From Candidatus Latescibacterota bacterium (lineage in GTDB: Bacteria > Latescibacterota > UBA2968 > GCA-2709665), in the NCBI GenBank assembly GCA_965237675.1, contig OZ250150.1, forward strand, positions 3,776,001 to 3,840,000: a DNA stretch of 64,000 nucleotides, read 5' to 3'. Within the stretch, counting starts at the first letter, position 1, and every line of letters starts with the position of its first letter. Positions 32,259 through 41,485 of this stretch are shown piece after piece. The translations under genes were made by a program, and so were the position numbers. The notes below the pieces were generated by a model. The model did no database searches. It was not told where the DNA came from and was given only the letters and a program-made list of their open reading frames with translations.

Positions 32259-33233
32259 TCAGTAACTCGAGAGCAGATTTCTACGAACCTTTGGGTTATG
32301 GATAAACTTGCGAGGATTTACCGCAAGTTCCTTTTCGCCATTGATCTTCGTCACTGCATAATGCAGATGCGGCGCCGTTGCACGTCCGGATCTGCCCATT
32401 CTGCCAATCACCTGCCCGCGTTTGACTTTCTGGCCCTTTTCGAGGGACGGTTTCTCCAACAAATGGGCGTACAGTGTCCGATAGTGTGGCGTGTGGTCGA
32501 CGGCTATGAACCACCCGAGGTACCTGTCTCTGTCGACAGATTCCACCCGACCGTCAGCGGCGGCGAGTATCTTCGTACCGGACCGCCCCGCGATATCTAT
32601 GCCTCTATGAAACTGCCTATCGCCGGAAAATGGATTGGTCCGAAAGCCGAAGCCCGAGGAAATCCAGCAACCGGTCTGAGGCGGTACGGGAAGAATGGAA
32701 GGGGTATGCAGGCGGGCGACCTCGTTCTGGTTGAGGATGGTCGAAATATGCTCGAAACTGGCTTCCAGAAAACGGGCTTCTCGCAAGAGTTGGTCCAGGT
32801 CCGTGTATGCTGTGGTAAGCCGTTCGCCCGTCTGGTGAGTCACACGGCCTTCCCATTCCGGCTCGCCCCTGTAAAGCCCACCCACGCCCATTTTCCGCAC
32901 CTCGTCTCCCGGTTCGGCCAGGTTGACCCAGGTTCTGAACATACGGTCCATTTCCGTAAGGTCGTCCACGTTTTCCCGCAATCCATCTACCTTTTGCTGC
33001 AACCTGCCGACCTGGTGTTTGAGTACGGTGTTTTCAGACGACAAGGCCAGAAGCTTTGTTTCCTGATGGCGGTTTACAAAATACCCCAATGAATAAAAAA
33101 CGACGGCGAGGGCAAAACACGCGAACAGCAATACGGCCCCAAGTCCCCAGACGGTAGGGCTAGAGGCCCTGACTTGGCGCATCTGATCTTTATTGTGGGG
33201 TATGACCATCAACGTCAGGTTTCTCTTCCACAT
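32259..33233 (-). CDS. M23-family metallopeptidase with N-terminal TM and coiled coil
   Basis: ISSGFGFRTNPF, HRGIDIA (HxxxD), TLYAHL, GRSGRATAPHLHY (HxH). Confidence 0.93.
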   Translation of the reverse strand: MWKRNLTLMVIPHNKDQMRQVRASSPTVWGLGAVLLFACFALAVVFYSLGYFVNRHQETKLLALSSENTVLKHQVGRLQQKVDGLRENVDDLTEMDRMFRTWVNLAEPGDEVRKMGVGGLYRGEPEWEGRVTHQTGERLTTAYTDLDQLLREARFLEASFEHISTILNQNEVARLHTPSILPVPPQTGCWISSGFGFRTNPFSGDRQFHRGIDIAGRSGTKILAAADGRVESVDRDRYLGWFIAVDHTPHYRTLYAHLLEKPSLEKGQKVKRGQVIGRMGRSGRATAPHLHYAVTKINGEKELAVNPRKFIHNPKVRRNLLSSY

Positions 33234-33570
33234 GACCGACGCCTTTCGTCAGTGGTTCTCTTGTTTAAAGATTGGCTGCACCTGACCTTTACCCGTCAGA
33301 GTCCCACAAATTAAGGTCTTTTTCGAGTTTGTGTCAAGTCAAAACTTGACCCATGTGTGTCAATCGGGAAACCGCACCCACGATTGCCTTTGTGGATCGA
33401 TGGTGCGTGCAGGTGTCCCCGGGCGGGTAGGCGCTTGTCGCGCTTTTCGGATGTTTTGTCGCCCTTAACGTTCGAAGGGATGCGGACTTCGGGGACGTTC
33501 AGGACAGCGGCCCACCCGCGGCACGACAACCCGACCGGCCCGTCGGTCCCTGGTAGGGCCCCCAAACCTC

Positions 33571-34920
33571 CTAAGCTGACTTGATGTGGTCAATGACCCT
33601 GGCCTTGAGCGCTTCTCTGAGAATCGGGTGGTCGACGCAGAAGACACGTACGACCTTGACCTGCGTCTCAAAATTGCCTATCAGGTACTCCTTGAGCATG
33701 GATACTTCCGGGTCATCGAACCGGAGAGGGTCGGCTTTGTCGACCGGGATGTGGGACCCGAAGTAAACATTCAGGTTTACTTCGGGGCTCTTCCCAAGGC
33801 GCGGAATATCGATCAGAATTTCGTCGCCGCAGAATTTGAGCCCGGTCTCTGCTTCGAATGTCTCGCACAATTCGATTTCGAGTTTTCGCCTGGCGGCTGG
33901 GTGGTAATATAGCTTTTCAAATTTGGGGGTCAGACCCTTTTCTCGCTCGTGGGGGAAGAAGATTCGGGCAACTTTGTGGAGTTTGCGCCGTTTCAGGCGC
34001 CCTATCATGCTGTTCCGCCGATCGATGCCCAGGCGATCCATCTCAAGTTCCAGGCGATGAATCAGGTCGGCTTCCGTCGCCCGGTTGAAGTCGTCTTCGC
34101 CGAGGCCGGAAGCGGGATGGTGAAGCAGATCCTGAACCCCCCGCTTGAACATCGCGTTTGCCGACCGAACGGCATGGTGCCAGTAGACGTTCCGATACAT
34201 CAGGTAACTGGTGAAAATCAGGGCTTCCACCGCCGAGACACCTTTATAGGTAATTGCGGGACGTTGGCCCTCCGGGTCGCACGTGATCGAGCCCAGCAGA
34301 CGGTCCCGGTTGACAGATTCGCCAAAAGGCACTCCGCAATAGCGCGCGTCTCTCAGCAGGTAATCGATTTTGTCGGGGTCGAGTGTGCCGCTCAGTATAT
34401 GCGCCAGGCGCAGGTCCCGATCTGATATGGCCACGTTTTTGTTGCGATAGTCGATGACGTTTGCTACCCTGAGCGGATCGGTCTCGGCCTGGATGAGGGC
34501 ACGGTTGACTTCAGTGGACGGATCTACGATAATCTGTCGGCCCCGTTCTTCGTGGTCCGCGAAAAACATCTGCATTTCTTCAAGGACATGGCAGAACGGG
34601 TAATGGCCAATGTCGTGCAGTAGGCTGGCCGCCAGAAGAACACGGGCATCCTCGATGGTAATGTCCAGCGGTGGTTCAGCCTTGAGTAGCTGCCGGAGAA
34701 ACTGTCCGGCAATGTGGAAGACGCCCAACGAATGTTCAAAACGGGAATGCCGCGCGCCGGGATAGACCAGGAGCACATGGCCTAGCTGGGAGATGTCCCG
34801 CAAACGCTGGAACTCCTCGGCGTCGACGAGCGGTACCAGATATTCGGGGATGTGAATGTGCCCCCAGATGGGATCGCGGATGACTTTGCCCGTGTCGAGA
34901 AACCGGAGGTCGATAGGCAT
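33571..34920 (-). CDS. HD-domain phosphohydrolase, SAMHD1/dNTPase-like
   Basis: IRDPIWGHI, FQRLRDISQLG, YPGARHSRFEHSLG, LLHDIGHYPFCH, DPDKIDYLLRD, MYRNVYWH. Start ATG 34920; the upstream ORF extension overlaps tetR. Confidence 0.9.
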   Translation of the reverse strand: MPIDLRFLDTGKVIRDPIWGHIHIPEYLVPLVDAEEFQRLRDISQLGHVLLVYPGARHSRFEHSLGVFHIAGQFLRQLLKAEPPLDITIEDARVLLAASLLHDIGHYPFCHVLEEMQMFFADHEERGRQIIVDPSTEVNRALIQAETDPLRVANVIDYRNKNVAISDRDLRLAHILSGTLDPDKIDYLLRDARYCGVPFGESVNRDRLLGSITCDPEGQRPAITYKGVSAVEALIFTSYLMYRNVYWHHAVRSANAMFKRGVQDLLHHPASGLGEDDFNRATEADLIHRLELEMDRLGIDRRNSMIGRLKRRKLHKVARIFFPHEREKGLTPKFEKLYYHPAARRKLEIELCETFEAETGLKFCGDEILIDIPRLGKSPEVNLNVYFGSHIPVDKADPLRFDDPEVSMLKEYLIGNFETQVKVVRVFCVDHPILREALKARVIDHIKSA

Positions 34921-35060
34921 GGAGTAATGCTCGGAGGGAAGCCGTTCAGGGGAAGGGGTCTGGTTCTTCGATGTCGACGCAGGCGTATCCGCTTCGGCCG
35001 AGGCGGTTGCTGCAGTGTCGTGCAAGAGAGAAACAGCGCGTAGAACGACGAACAGGTCGT

Positions 35061-35702
35061 CTATCGTTCCGGCGCCACGTCCGAAGGATGGTGTGGCAGG
35101 GTCAATGCCTCCATGAAGATCTGAACCAGATTGTCGATCATTCTTCGATCTTCGGACCGGCCGACGGTCTCGTGGCTGGCGATAAACCTGCTGATACAAT
35201 AGTGGAGCAGTGCCCAGAAAAAGGACCTCAAGGTCAGCTGCACGTCCACCTTTCTGTATCTTCCCTGGACGATACCCTCTTCAATGGCCCGTCGAATGGC
35301 TTTCATACGTGGTGATGTGTAAATGGCGAAGAATTTTTCCCGGAACTTATGGTCTTCGAGTGCGCTGTACATCATCAGACGGATAAACGTCGGATCCTTT
35401 CGATTGCGTTGAATATAGAAGCAGGCGAACTGACGCAGCAGGGTCTCAAGGTCGTCCGTCCGATTTGGGTTGTCTTCCTGTTCCCAAACCTTCAGCCGCC
35501 TGTCAACCGTGAAGTTGATAATGGCGTCATAGAGGTCTTCTTTGGTGGCGAAGTGCCGGAATATGATCGCCTCGGAGACGCCCGCGGCGCTGGCAATCGC
35601 ACGTGTCGTGGCGCCCTTAAAGCCCTTGGAGGCGAAATGGGCGATCGCGACGTTGATGATTTGGCGCCGCCGTTCTTCCTGCGAGAGTCGTTTTCTGGTC
35701 AT
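35061..35702 (-). CDS. TetR/AcrR-family transcriptional regulator
   Basis: RRRQII..A...FASKGFKGATTRAIASAAGVSEAIIFRHFATKEDLY. Confidence 0.93.
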   Translation of the reverse strand: MTRKRLSQEERRRQIINVAIAHFASKGFKGATTRAIASAAGVSEAIIFRHFATKEDLYDAIINFTVDRRLKVWEQEDNPNRTDDLETLLRQFACFYIQRNRKDPTFIRLMMYSALEDHKFREKFFAIYTSPRMKAIRRAIEEGIVQGRYRKVDVQLTLRSFFWALLHYCISRFIASHETVGRSEDRRMIDNLVQIFMEALTLPHHPSDVAPER

Positions 35703-36030
35703 AGTTGAATGGCAAACTCATGCATTTGCAATCAGGGGTTCAACCAGGTAATGTCAGATTTTGGCGACATGTATCGGCATGACACCGGCCTGTAACAACG
35801 CTCGCTCGGTGTCTGGTTGGTCTGAATATCGGTATCGTAGGCACGGATGTCAAGTCCCATGCCCCGGAAAAGGGATGGAGTGCCGTGAGCCAGACGAACA
35901 CACAAGATCGAGAATAGGTACGTACCGTGGATCTTGATAAGGCGTGGCTGCACACTGCCGTTGACGCAACCCACAGGGCATTACACACCCGAATGTGCCG
36001 GCGACCGACCTGGTTTCGGAGAGCGTGCCT

Positions 36031-36747
36031 ATGAGTTTTCTCAAGGCGTGGTGGGACAGCCCGGAGCGTCAGGTGCGGGTCGCCGTGGTAACCGAAATGT
36101 CCAGGGTGCTGGACGGCACCTTCGGGGGCGCGGCGTGGGACCTGCGGCGTACCTGGCCGGATGGCCTTGATGCGCTGATGCGTACCATCCTGTCGCAGAA
36201 TACAACGGATGGCAATCGGGACCGGGCTTACGACAGGATGCGAGCGCGTTTTCCGGAATGGGAGGACGTGCTGGCAGCGGACGAGACGGACCTGAAGGAC
36301 GTCATTCGAGTGGCAGGATTGGCGAATACAAAAGCCCCGAATATGCAGGCGTTTCTACGATGGTTGAAGGGCGAACGCGGGATCTTGAATTTGGATTTCT
36401 TGCGGGATCTGCCGAATCCGGCGGCTGTGGCGCTGCTGACCGCTCATCGGGGTATCGGTATCAAAACGGCCTATATCGTGCTGGCCTTCGCATTTGACCG
36501 GGATCTGTGCGCGGTGGACACGCACGTGTACCGCATTCTTCGCCGGGTGGGGATTGTCTCCGCGCGATGCAGCCGAGAAAAAGCACATACTGAACTTGCG
36601 CCTTTGATTCCAGGGGGTCAGGCCAGGCCCTTTCATATGAACCTGGTTGATTTTGGCAAGACAGTGTGCGTGGCGAGAAATCCTTCCTGTGGGGTCTGTC
36701 CGATTTCCCACCTGTGCAGGTACTATTGTGAAACCCGCAGTGGATAA
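36031..36747 (+). CDS. nth: Endonuclease III-family DNA glycosylase (HhH-GPD, 4Fe-4S)
   Basis: TILSQNTTD, GIGIKTA, AVDTHVYRI, CVARNPSCGVCPISHLC (CX6CX2CX5C). Confidence 0.9.
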   Translation: MSFLKAWWDSPERQVRVAVVTEMSRVLDGTFGGAAWDLRRTWPDGLDALMRTILSQNTTDGNRDRAYDRMRARFPEWEDVLAADETDLKDVIRVAGLANTKAPNMQAFLRWLKGERGILNLDFLRDLPNPAAVALLTAHRGIGIKTAYIVLAFAFDRDLCAVDTHVYRILRRVGIVSARCSREKAHTELAPLIPGGQARPFHMNLVDFGKTVCVARNPSCGVCPISHLCRYYCETRSG

Positions 36748-36818
36748 GTTTCAGATGGCTCCGCGCCGGAACCTCCCACGGCTTCCCGTGTCCTCTGCAG
36801 ACCATCCGCGCGTACGTC

Positions 36819-37895
36819 TCAGTCGATCCTGATTCGCTGAAGATCGAACGAGTTAACATTGTAGGGTTCGAAGGTGTCTTCGTCGCCGAGCGTAAAGACC
36901 GCGATATACAGGTATTGGTCGTTTTGGTCGATGACGATGCCGCGTTCCCTGAGGTTGCCCGCCGCATGGTAGTAGCGCTTCTCCAGTTTGGTCCGGGTAT
37001 CGAATTCTACGATAAAAACGCCGGCTCTGTCCGCGTCCGTCGGCGCGACGAACAGGCGACTGCCATCGTGGCTCGCGGCAAGCCCTAAAGCCGGAGATTT
37101 GATTTCGTATTTGCCCGTTAGCGTCAGATTGTCGGCGCTGAATGCCCAGAGATCCTTTATGTGGCCTCGGTCCTGAGGATCCGACAGACCCAGGTAGAGC
37201 TGGTCCCTGAGAGGGCTCATAACAAAGTCGTTTATCGTGGCTGAGAAACTGAAACGGGACGAGGTGGTTTCGTTCGTGGGGAAATGACCTGAGGCGTCGT
37301 ATTTCAGGACGTTGTTCCTGGCGGCAACAAAGAGCTTGCGTTCGCCGTGATCCATGAGAAGTGCGCCCGAGCGCACGTTCCCGCCGGTCTCAAGGTTGTC
37401 CACAATGGATACGGCGATCAGCAGGGGTTCGTCGAGGGAGGATACGTAGACAATGGAGTCGGTTCCGCAGGCGACGTGGGATATATTGTTCAGTGAGATG
37501 GGAACTGTTTTCACAATGGCGAACGTACTCAGTTCGATAACTTTCAGGTTCGATTCACCGTTCAACCCCACCACCAGATGGCGCTGATTAGGTGTGATGT
37601 CCAGGTCGACCGGGTGGGAACCCACCTGGAGGTTCCCGTCGATGGCCATCTGCTCGCCAAGGCGGATGCGGAGAATCCGGTTGTTTCCATAGTCGGCCAG
37701 ATAAAGATATGGCTGGTTCGGATCCACGACCATATCCGAGATGTTCACACCGAGTTCCAGGATTTCGAAATCGCTGAATTCATAGAAATGATCCGGCTCG
37801 TCGTCGTCCAGATAAAGCGAGCAGCCCAACACACAAAAGAGCATGCCCACGGCATAGAAAACGAACCGGCCGTGTGTTCTTCCTGTCTGACGCAT
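36819..37895 (-). CDS. YncE/YVTN-like beta-propeller lipoprotein
   Basis: Lipobox VLG-C after a hydrophobic stretch; blade-like repeats (YLYLADYGNNRI, VGSHPVDLDITP, GLAASHDGSRLFVA). Confidence 0.75.
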   Translation of the reverse strand: MRQTGRTHGRFVFYAVGMLFCVLGCSLYLDDDEPDHFYEFSDFEILELGVNISDMVVDPNQPYLYLADYGNNRILRIRLGEQMAIDGNLQVGSHPVDLDITPNQRHLVVGLNGESNLKVIELSTFAIVKTVPISLNNISHVACGTDSIVYVSSLDEPLLIAVSIVDNLETGGNVRSGALLMDHGERKLFVAARNNVLKYDASGHFPTNETTSSRFSFSATINDFVMSPLRDQLYLGLSDPQDRGHIKDLWAFSADNLTLTGKYEIKSPALGLAASHDGSRLFVAPTDADRAGVFIVEFDTRTKLEKRYYHAAGNLRERGIVIDQNDQYLYIAVFTLGDEDTFEPYNVNSFDLQRIRID

Positions 37896-37905
37896 GCCGG
37901 ATCGC

Positions 37906-38877
37906 CTAAAGCGAGATGATGTAAGACGTGCTCAGCTCAATCAGATAATCTGACGTCAGCTGACTCTCGTTCACGTCTTGAAACAGGACGATGGGCATAC
38001 GGAATTCTACGCTTAGGTTATCCAGGATGCTGACCCCCAATTCAGGCGAAAGATACAACCACTTCCCTCCCCGTTCTCTTGTAATCTGACCGAACTGGTA
38101 GCGGTCCCGTGAGGTGATCAGATTTTTCAGACTCAGCCCGCCGTAGAACCGTCCTTCGCCAGTGTACTCTGTGGAGAGGGTGGCGTGCAGTTCGTTTCCA
38201 TATTTGTAGCCGTAAATGTTCTGTCTGGTGGTAATGCGCGTGAAGACGCCGCCCGAAACCGTCAGGTTCTCTAGACGATGGAATACGTTGAAAGCGAGGA
38301 TCGGGTCAACGCTGCCCGAACCGATCTGCAGATTGTCCGAGAAACGCTCCCCGTACAGGTCTTTCGCATTTGCCGATCCGTTTGCAAGCTTCAATCCGAT
38401 GCCGAGATTCAGGCCCGGGAAGCCCGCTGAGAGCGGTGCCGCGTAATTCAACATAACGACAATATCGCCCAGCCCGGACGCGTGTCGAATATATTTCCCG
38501 CCCGCATACTGGTTGTGGTTCTGGCCGCGCAACAACACCTTCTCGTTGGCTACTGAACGAAAGGGTAGGGCAAGCGTCAGTCCGATGCGTTCGGTAACGC
38601 CGTGCGAGGCAAATACGGTGGTGGTGGCGTTATCCGTTCGCTCACGATTCACGTTCGGTATAGCCCGGGTACCGTAATGAGGATCGGATAGGAATTCGTA
38701 ATCGTAGTGTACGCTCAGGGTCAGTTGATCCTTTTCGGCCGGATCATTCCTCATCAAGCTCCCGCCCGGGAGCACTGGACGCCGTCAGCTGACGCCGCCC
38801 TGGGCATGGGCGGCGGGCACCATGAATGTTGGCACGACAAGAAACAGGCACATAAAAAAAACTGAAAACGGCCGCAT
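37906..38877 (-). CDS. Outer-membrane beta-barrel 'transporter' (MetA-pathway-of-phenol-degradation-like) with in-frame TGA; probable selenoprotein
   Basis: ATG 38877 after a GAGGAA RBS encodes signal peptide MRPF...PAAHA, then QGGVS-TGA(38785-38787)-RRPVLPGG, continuing in frame into ORF 37906..38775. Family-like motifs: SGLGDI, GLKL..G, QIGSGSVD, GYKYGNE, alternating C-terminal strand. Confidence 0.8.
38758..38773 (-). promoter_or_regulatory. Candidate bacterial SECIS hairpin
   Basis: GCUCCC-GGGC-GGGAGC (6-bp stem, G-led tetraloop) starting exactly 11 nt 3' of the in-frame UGA. Confidence 0.65.
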
Positions 38878-38940
38878 GCAGGGGTTCCTCGATCAGTTAA
38901 GGTGTGAATGTGAGGCTTCAGCCTTTATTTCTTGCGTTGA

Positions 38941-38969
38941 AATATACCTCACGCGCGTCTGGATAGCAA
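38941..38969 (-). promoter_or_regulatory. Putative promoter of the barrel/beta-propeller operon
   Basis: Minus strand TTGCTA-17 nt-TATATT, about 65 nt upstream of ATG 38877. Confidence 0.5.
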
Positions 38970-39047
38970 GGCGGATTTTGTTTCGCGAGGCCACATAGAG
39001 CCCAAATTTACAGATCTTTACATAACCCCCAGCCATGCCGTTTTTAC

Positions 39048-39076
39048 TTGACACCACCGGGAGATTGGGCTATCTT
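39048..39076 (+). promoter_or_regulatory. Promoter of the tRNA-Arg/tRNA-His pair
   Basis: TTGACA-17 nt-TATCTT. Confidence 0.65.
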
Positions 39077-39120
39077 TAGCGGTCGGTTTCCAATAGATGG
39101 CTTTGCGCGCAGGACTTGAA

Positions 39121-39194
<74 letters not shown>

Positions 39195-39209
39195 TTATGT
39201 TACAGCAGT

Positions 39210-39287
39210 GGTGGGTGTAGCTCAGATGGTTAGAGCGCCTGGTTGTGGCCCAGGAGGTCGGGGGTTCAAGTCCCCTCACTCACCCCA
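39210..39287 (+). tRNA. tRNA-His(GTG)
   Basis: G-1, acceptor GTGGGTG/CACTCAC, C73, CCA; anticodon arm CCTGG-TTGTGGC-CCAGG. Confidence 0.96.
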
Positions 39288-39366
39288 ATCTCTCTTCTGC
39301 TATCCCTTGCCTTTGGCTCTCGATGGAATATGGGGCCAAAGGCTTTTTTGGCATCTATGATTTCCT

Positions 39367-40728
39367 ATGTTTCCGGTTGAACGTTTTCGAAAAGCGCCCT
39401 CGCGGGCCATGATTATTGGCTTGGATGGAACCCCCTGTAGCCTGATAAAACGCCTTGTTTCCGAGGGCAGGATGCCTAATTTCGCCGCCTTGCTGGGTAA
39501 TGGAACCCTGGCGCGAATGGAGTCGGTCTTGCCTACCGTATCGTCGGTCGCCTGGGCGTCTCTGGTAACCGGGTGTAATCCCGGCAAGCATAATATCTAT
39601 GGTTTCATCGATCGTGTACCGAAGACTCATGAAATGTACATTCCTACGTCCAGAACGATGCGCGCCAGAACCTGGACGGAGATTTTCAGCGATATGGGCA
39701 GGCGTGTCTTTTCGATGGGTGTGCCGACAACTTACCCTCCAAGTGCGGTAAACGGCATTCTTATTTCCGGATTTCTGGCACCGGATCTGAATCGGGGAAC
39801 CTATCCCGCCGGGGTAGCGCGTCAGCTGGCTTCAATGGGGTACCGGATTGACATCGACGCATGGCAGGCCCGTCGGGATCGGGAGCGGTTTCTGGACGAT
39901 GTCTTCCAGGCCATGGAGCGGCGGTTCGACGCCATGTTCCATTATCTGAATCAGGAACCCTGGGACCTGTTTGTTGCCCACGTGATAGAAACGGACCGGC
40001 TTCACCATTTTTTGTGGGGGCTGGTTGAAGACGGCAGCGAGGTGTATCTGCCGTGGTTCCACAGGTTTTATGCTCGGGTGGACCGTGCCATCGGCGAGGT
40101 GGCGGACCGGCTTGACGACGACGTCCTGCTGATGATTATATCAGACCATGGATTCTGCAAGTTGAAGTTTGAGGTGCATCTGAATTACTGGTTGCGCCAG
40201 GCTGGTTTTCTGCGTTTTCTGGGCAGAACGGCCAAAGGGCTTCGCGACCTGGCGCCGGATACACGATGTTATTCGCTCTTGCCCGGGCGTCTATATCTCT
40301 GTTTGCGAGGGCGGGAACGCGGGGGTTGTGTGGAGCCCGGTGCGGAATATGAGGCACTGAGACAGGATATCGCCAACGGGCTGATGGAAATCCGAAATCC
40401 GGTCACGGGTGAACCGGTGATCCAGAGGGTGTTCATGCGCGAGGAACTCTATTCTGGCGATGCTTTTGAATTGGCGCCTGACCTGGTGGCCATGCCGGCG
40501 GAGGGGTACGATTTGAAGGGTGGTTTCGATAAGGAAGAACTGATGGAGCGGGGGCCTGTCAATGGCACTCATACCTTCGCAGATGCGATGTTTTTTATCA
40601 ATTGCAGGGCGGGATTAACACAAGAGATTCGACTGATCGACGTCTTTCCTACGCTCTTCGATGCCGTCGGACTGGATATTCCCGGTGGTGTCGACGGTCG
40701 TTCTGTCGTTACAGGACAACTGAGCTGA
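39367..40728 (+). CDS. Alkaline phosphatase superfamily protein (type I phosphodiesterase / nucleotide pyrophosphatase)
   Basis: IIGLDG, PTVSSVAWASLVTGCNPGKHNIYGF, ETDRLHH, ISDHGF, GTH. Confidence 0.9.
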   Translation: MFPVERFRKAPSRAMIIGLDGTPCSLIKRLVSEGRMPNFAALLGNGTLARMESVLPTVSSVAWASLVTGCNPGKHNIYGFIDRVPKTHEMYIPTSRTMRARTWTEIFSDMGRRVFSMGVPTTYPPSAVNGILISGFLAPDLNRGTYPAGVARQLASMGYRIDIDAWQARRDRERFLDDVFQAMERRFDAMFHYLNQEPWDLFVAHVIETDRLHHFLWGLVEDGSEVYLPWFHRFYARVDRAIGEVADRLDDDVLLMIISDHGFCKLKFEVHLNYWLRQAGFLRFLGRTAKGLRDLAPDTRCYSLLPGRLYLCLRGRERGGCVEPGAEYEALRQDIANGLMEIRNPVTGEPVIQRVFMREELYSGDAFELAPDLVAMPAEGYDLKGGFDKEELMERGPVNGTHTFADAMFFINCRAGLTQEIRLIDVFPTLFDAVGLDIPGGVDGRSVVTGQLS

Positions 40729-40810
40729 AGCCTGCCGGGAAACCCCGACGGCGCGCGGGGTGAGGCGAATGCTTGAGTGAGTCGCCGAGTTGACTTTACA
40801 AGGAGGCGTT

Positions 40811-41410
40811 TTGACGAAATCGTTTCTTATTGTGCTTGCAATGGGTGTCTCGGCGGCGGTCGCGCACTCCGAACGTGGCCACGTGCTGGACACAAGCGAT
40901 GAGAACATGGAGCGCATTGCCAAGTCGCTGGGGGTGCGGTGTACCCACTGTCATGTTGCACGCAGACCGGATGGTAAACCCGATTTCGAGGCGCCTTCCC
41001 TGTTCAAGCAAACAGCCGTCCATATGAAGGTTCACTTTGTGGATGGGCTGAAAACCGCGGAAGGGAAGGTCCTGGACTGCATGTTCTGCCACCAGGGCCG
41101 GGCCCGGTTCATTCCGCGGGATCTTAACGACGCCAGGCCGTCCAACCTGTCAGAACGTCTGCCCAGGCGGGAGATTTCTCAGAAGATGAAAGCCATAGAG
41201 AAGGCGCTGGGAGTGAACTGCGACTTCTGCCACATTCGACGCGAAGACGGACGGCTTGCGCCCGAGCAGCCGACCAAACACAAGCTGATGGCCAAATATA
41301 TGATGGAGCACTACGAGGGTTCGTTGCTCACGTCGGATGGGTCGCCGGCCACCTGTGCAACCTGCCACATGGGTGAGTCGGAGTTTTTGCCCCGTTCGAC
41401 CGGCGATTGA
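40811..41410 (+). CDS. Periplasmic tetraheme cytochrome c (two diheme repeats, PufC-like module)
   Basis: TTG start after AGGAGG; signal peptide; four CxxCH motifs (CTHCH, CMFCH, CDFCH, CATCH); repeated M..I.K.LGV.CxxCH. Confidence 0.85.
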   Translation: MTKSFLIVLAMGVSAAVAHSERGHVLDTSDENMERIAKSLGVRCTHCHVARRPDGKPDFEAPSLFKQTAVHMKVHFVDGLKTAEGKVLDCMFCHQGRARFIPRDLNDARPSNLSERLPRREISQKMKAIEKALGVNCDFCHIRREDGRLAPEQPTKHKLMAKYMMEHYEGSLLTSDGSPATCATCHMGESEFLPRSTGD

Positions 41411-41428
41411 AGGTTTAAGGTCGGCATC

Positions 41429-41476
41429 GAAACGAAGAAGGGCCGGACGGCTTGCCGTCCGGCCCTTCTTCGTTTC
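41429..41476. terminator. Bidirectional terminator / long perfect inverted repeat
   Basis: GAAACGAAGAAGGGCCGGACGG-CTTG-CCGTCCGGCCCTTCTTCGTTTC, a 22-bp perfect stem between convergent genes. Confidence 0.85.
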
Positions 41477-41485
41477 ACCGGGTGC

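Noticed and set aside
33234-33310. c-di-AMP or c-di-GMP riboswitch upstream of the M23 peptidase
   Set aside because: ACCCGTCAG is on the wrong strand and the other conserved blocks are missing. Only small hairpins are present.
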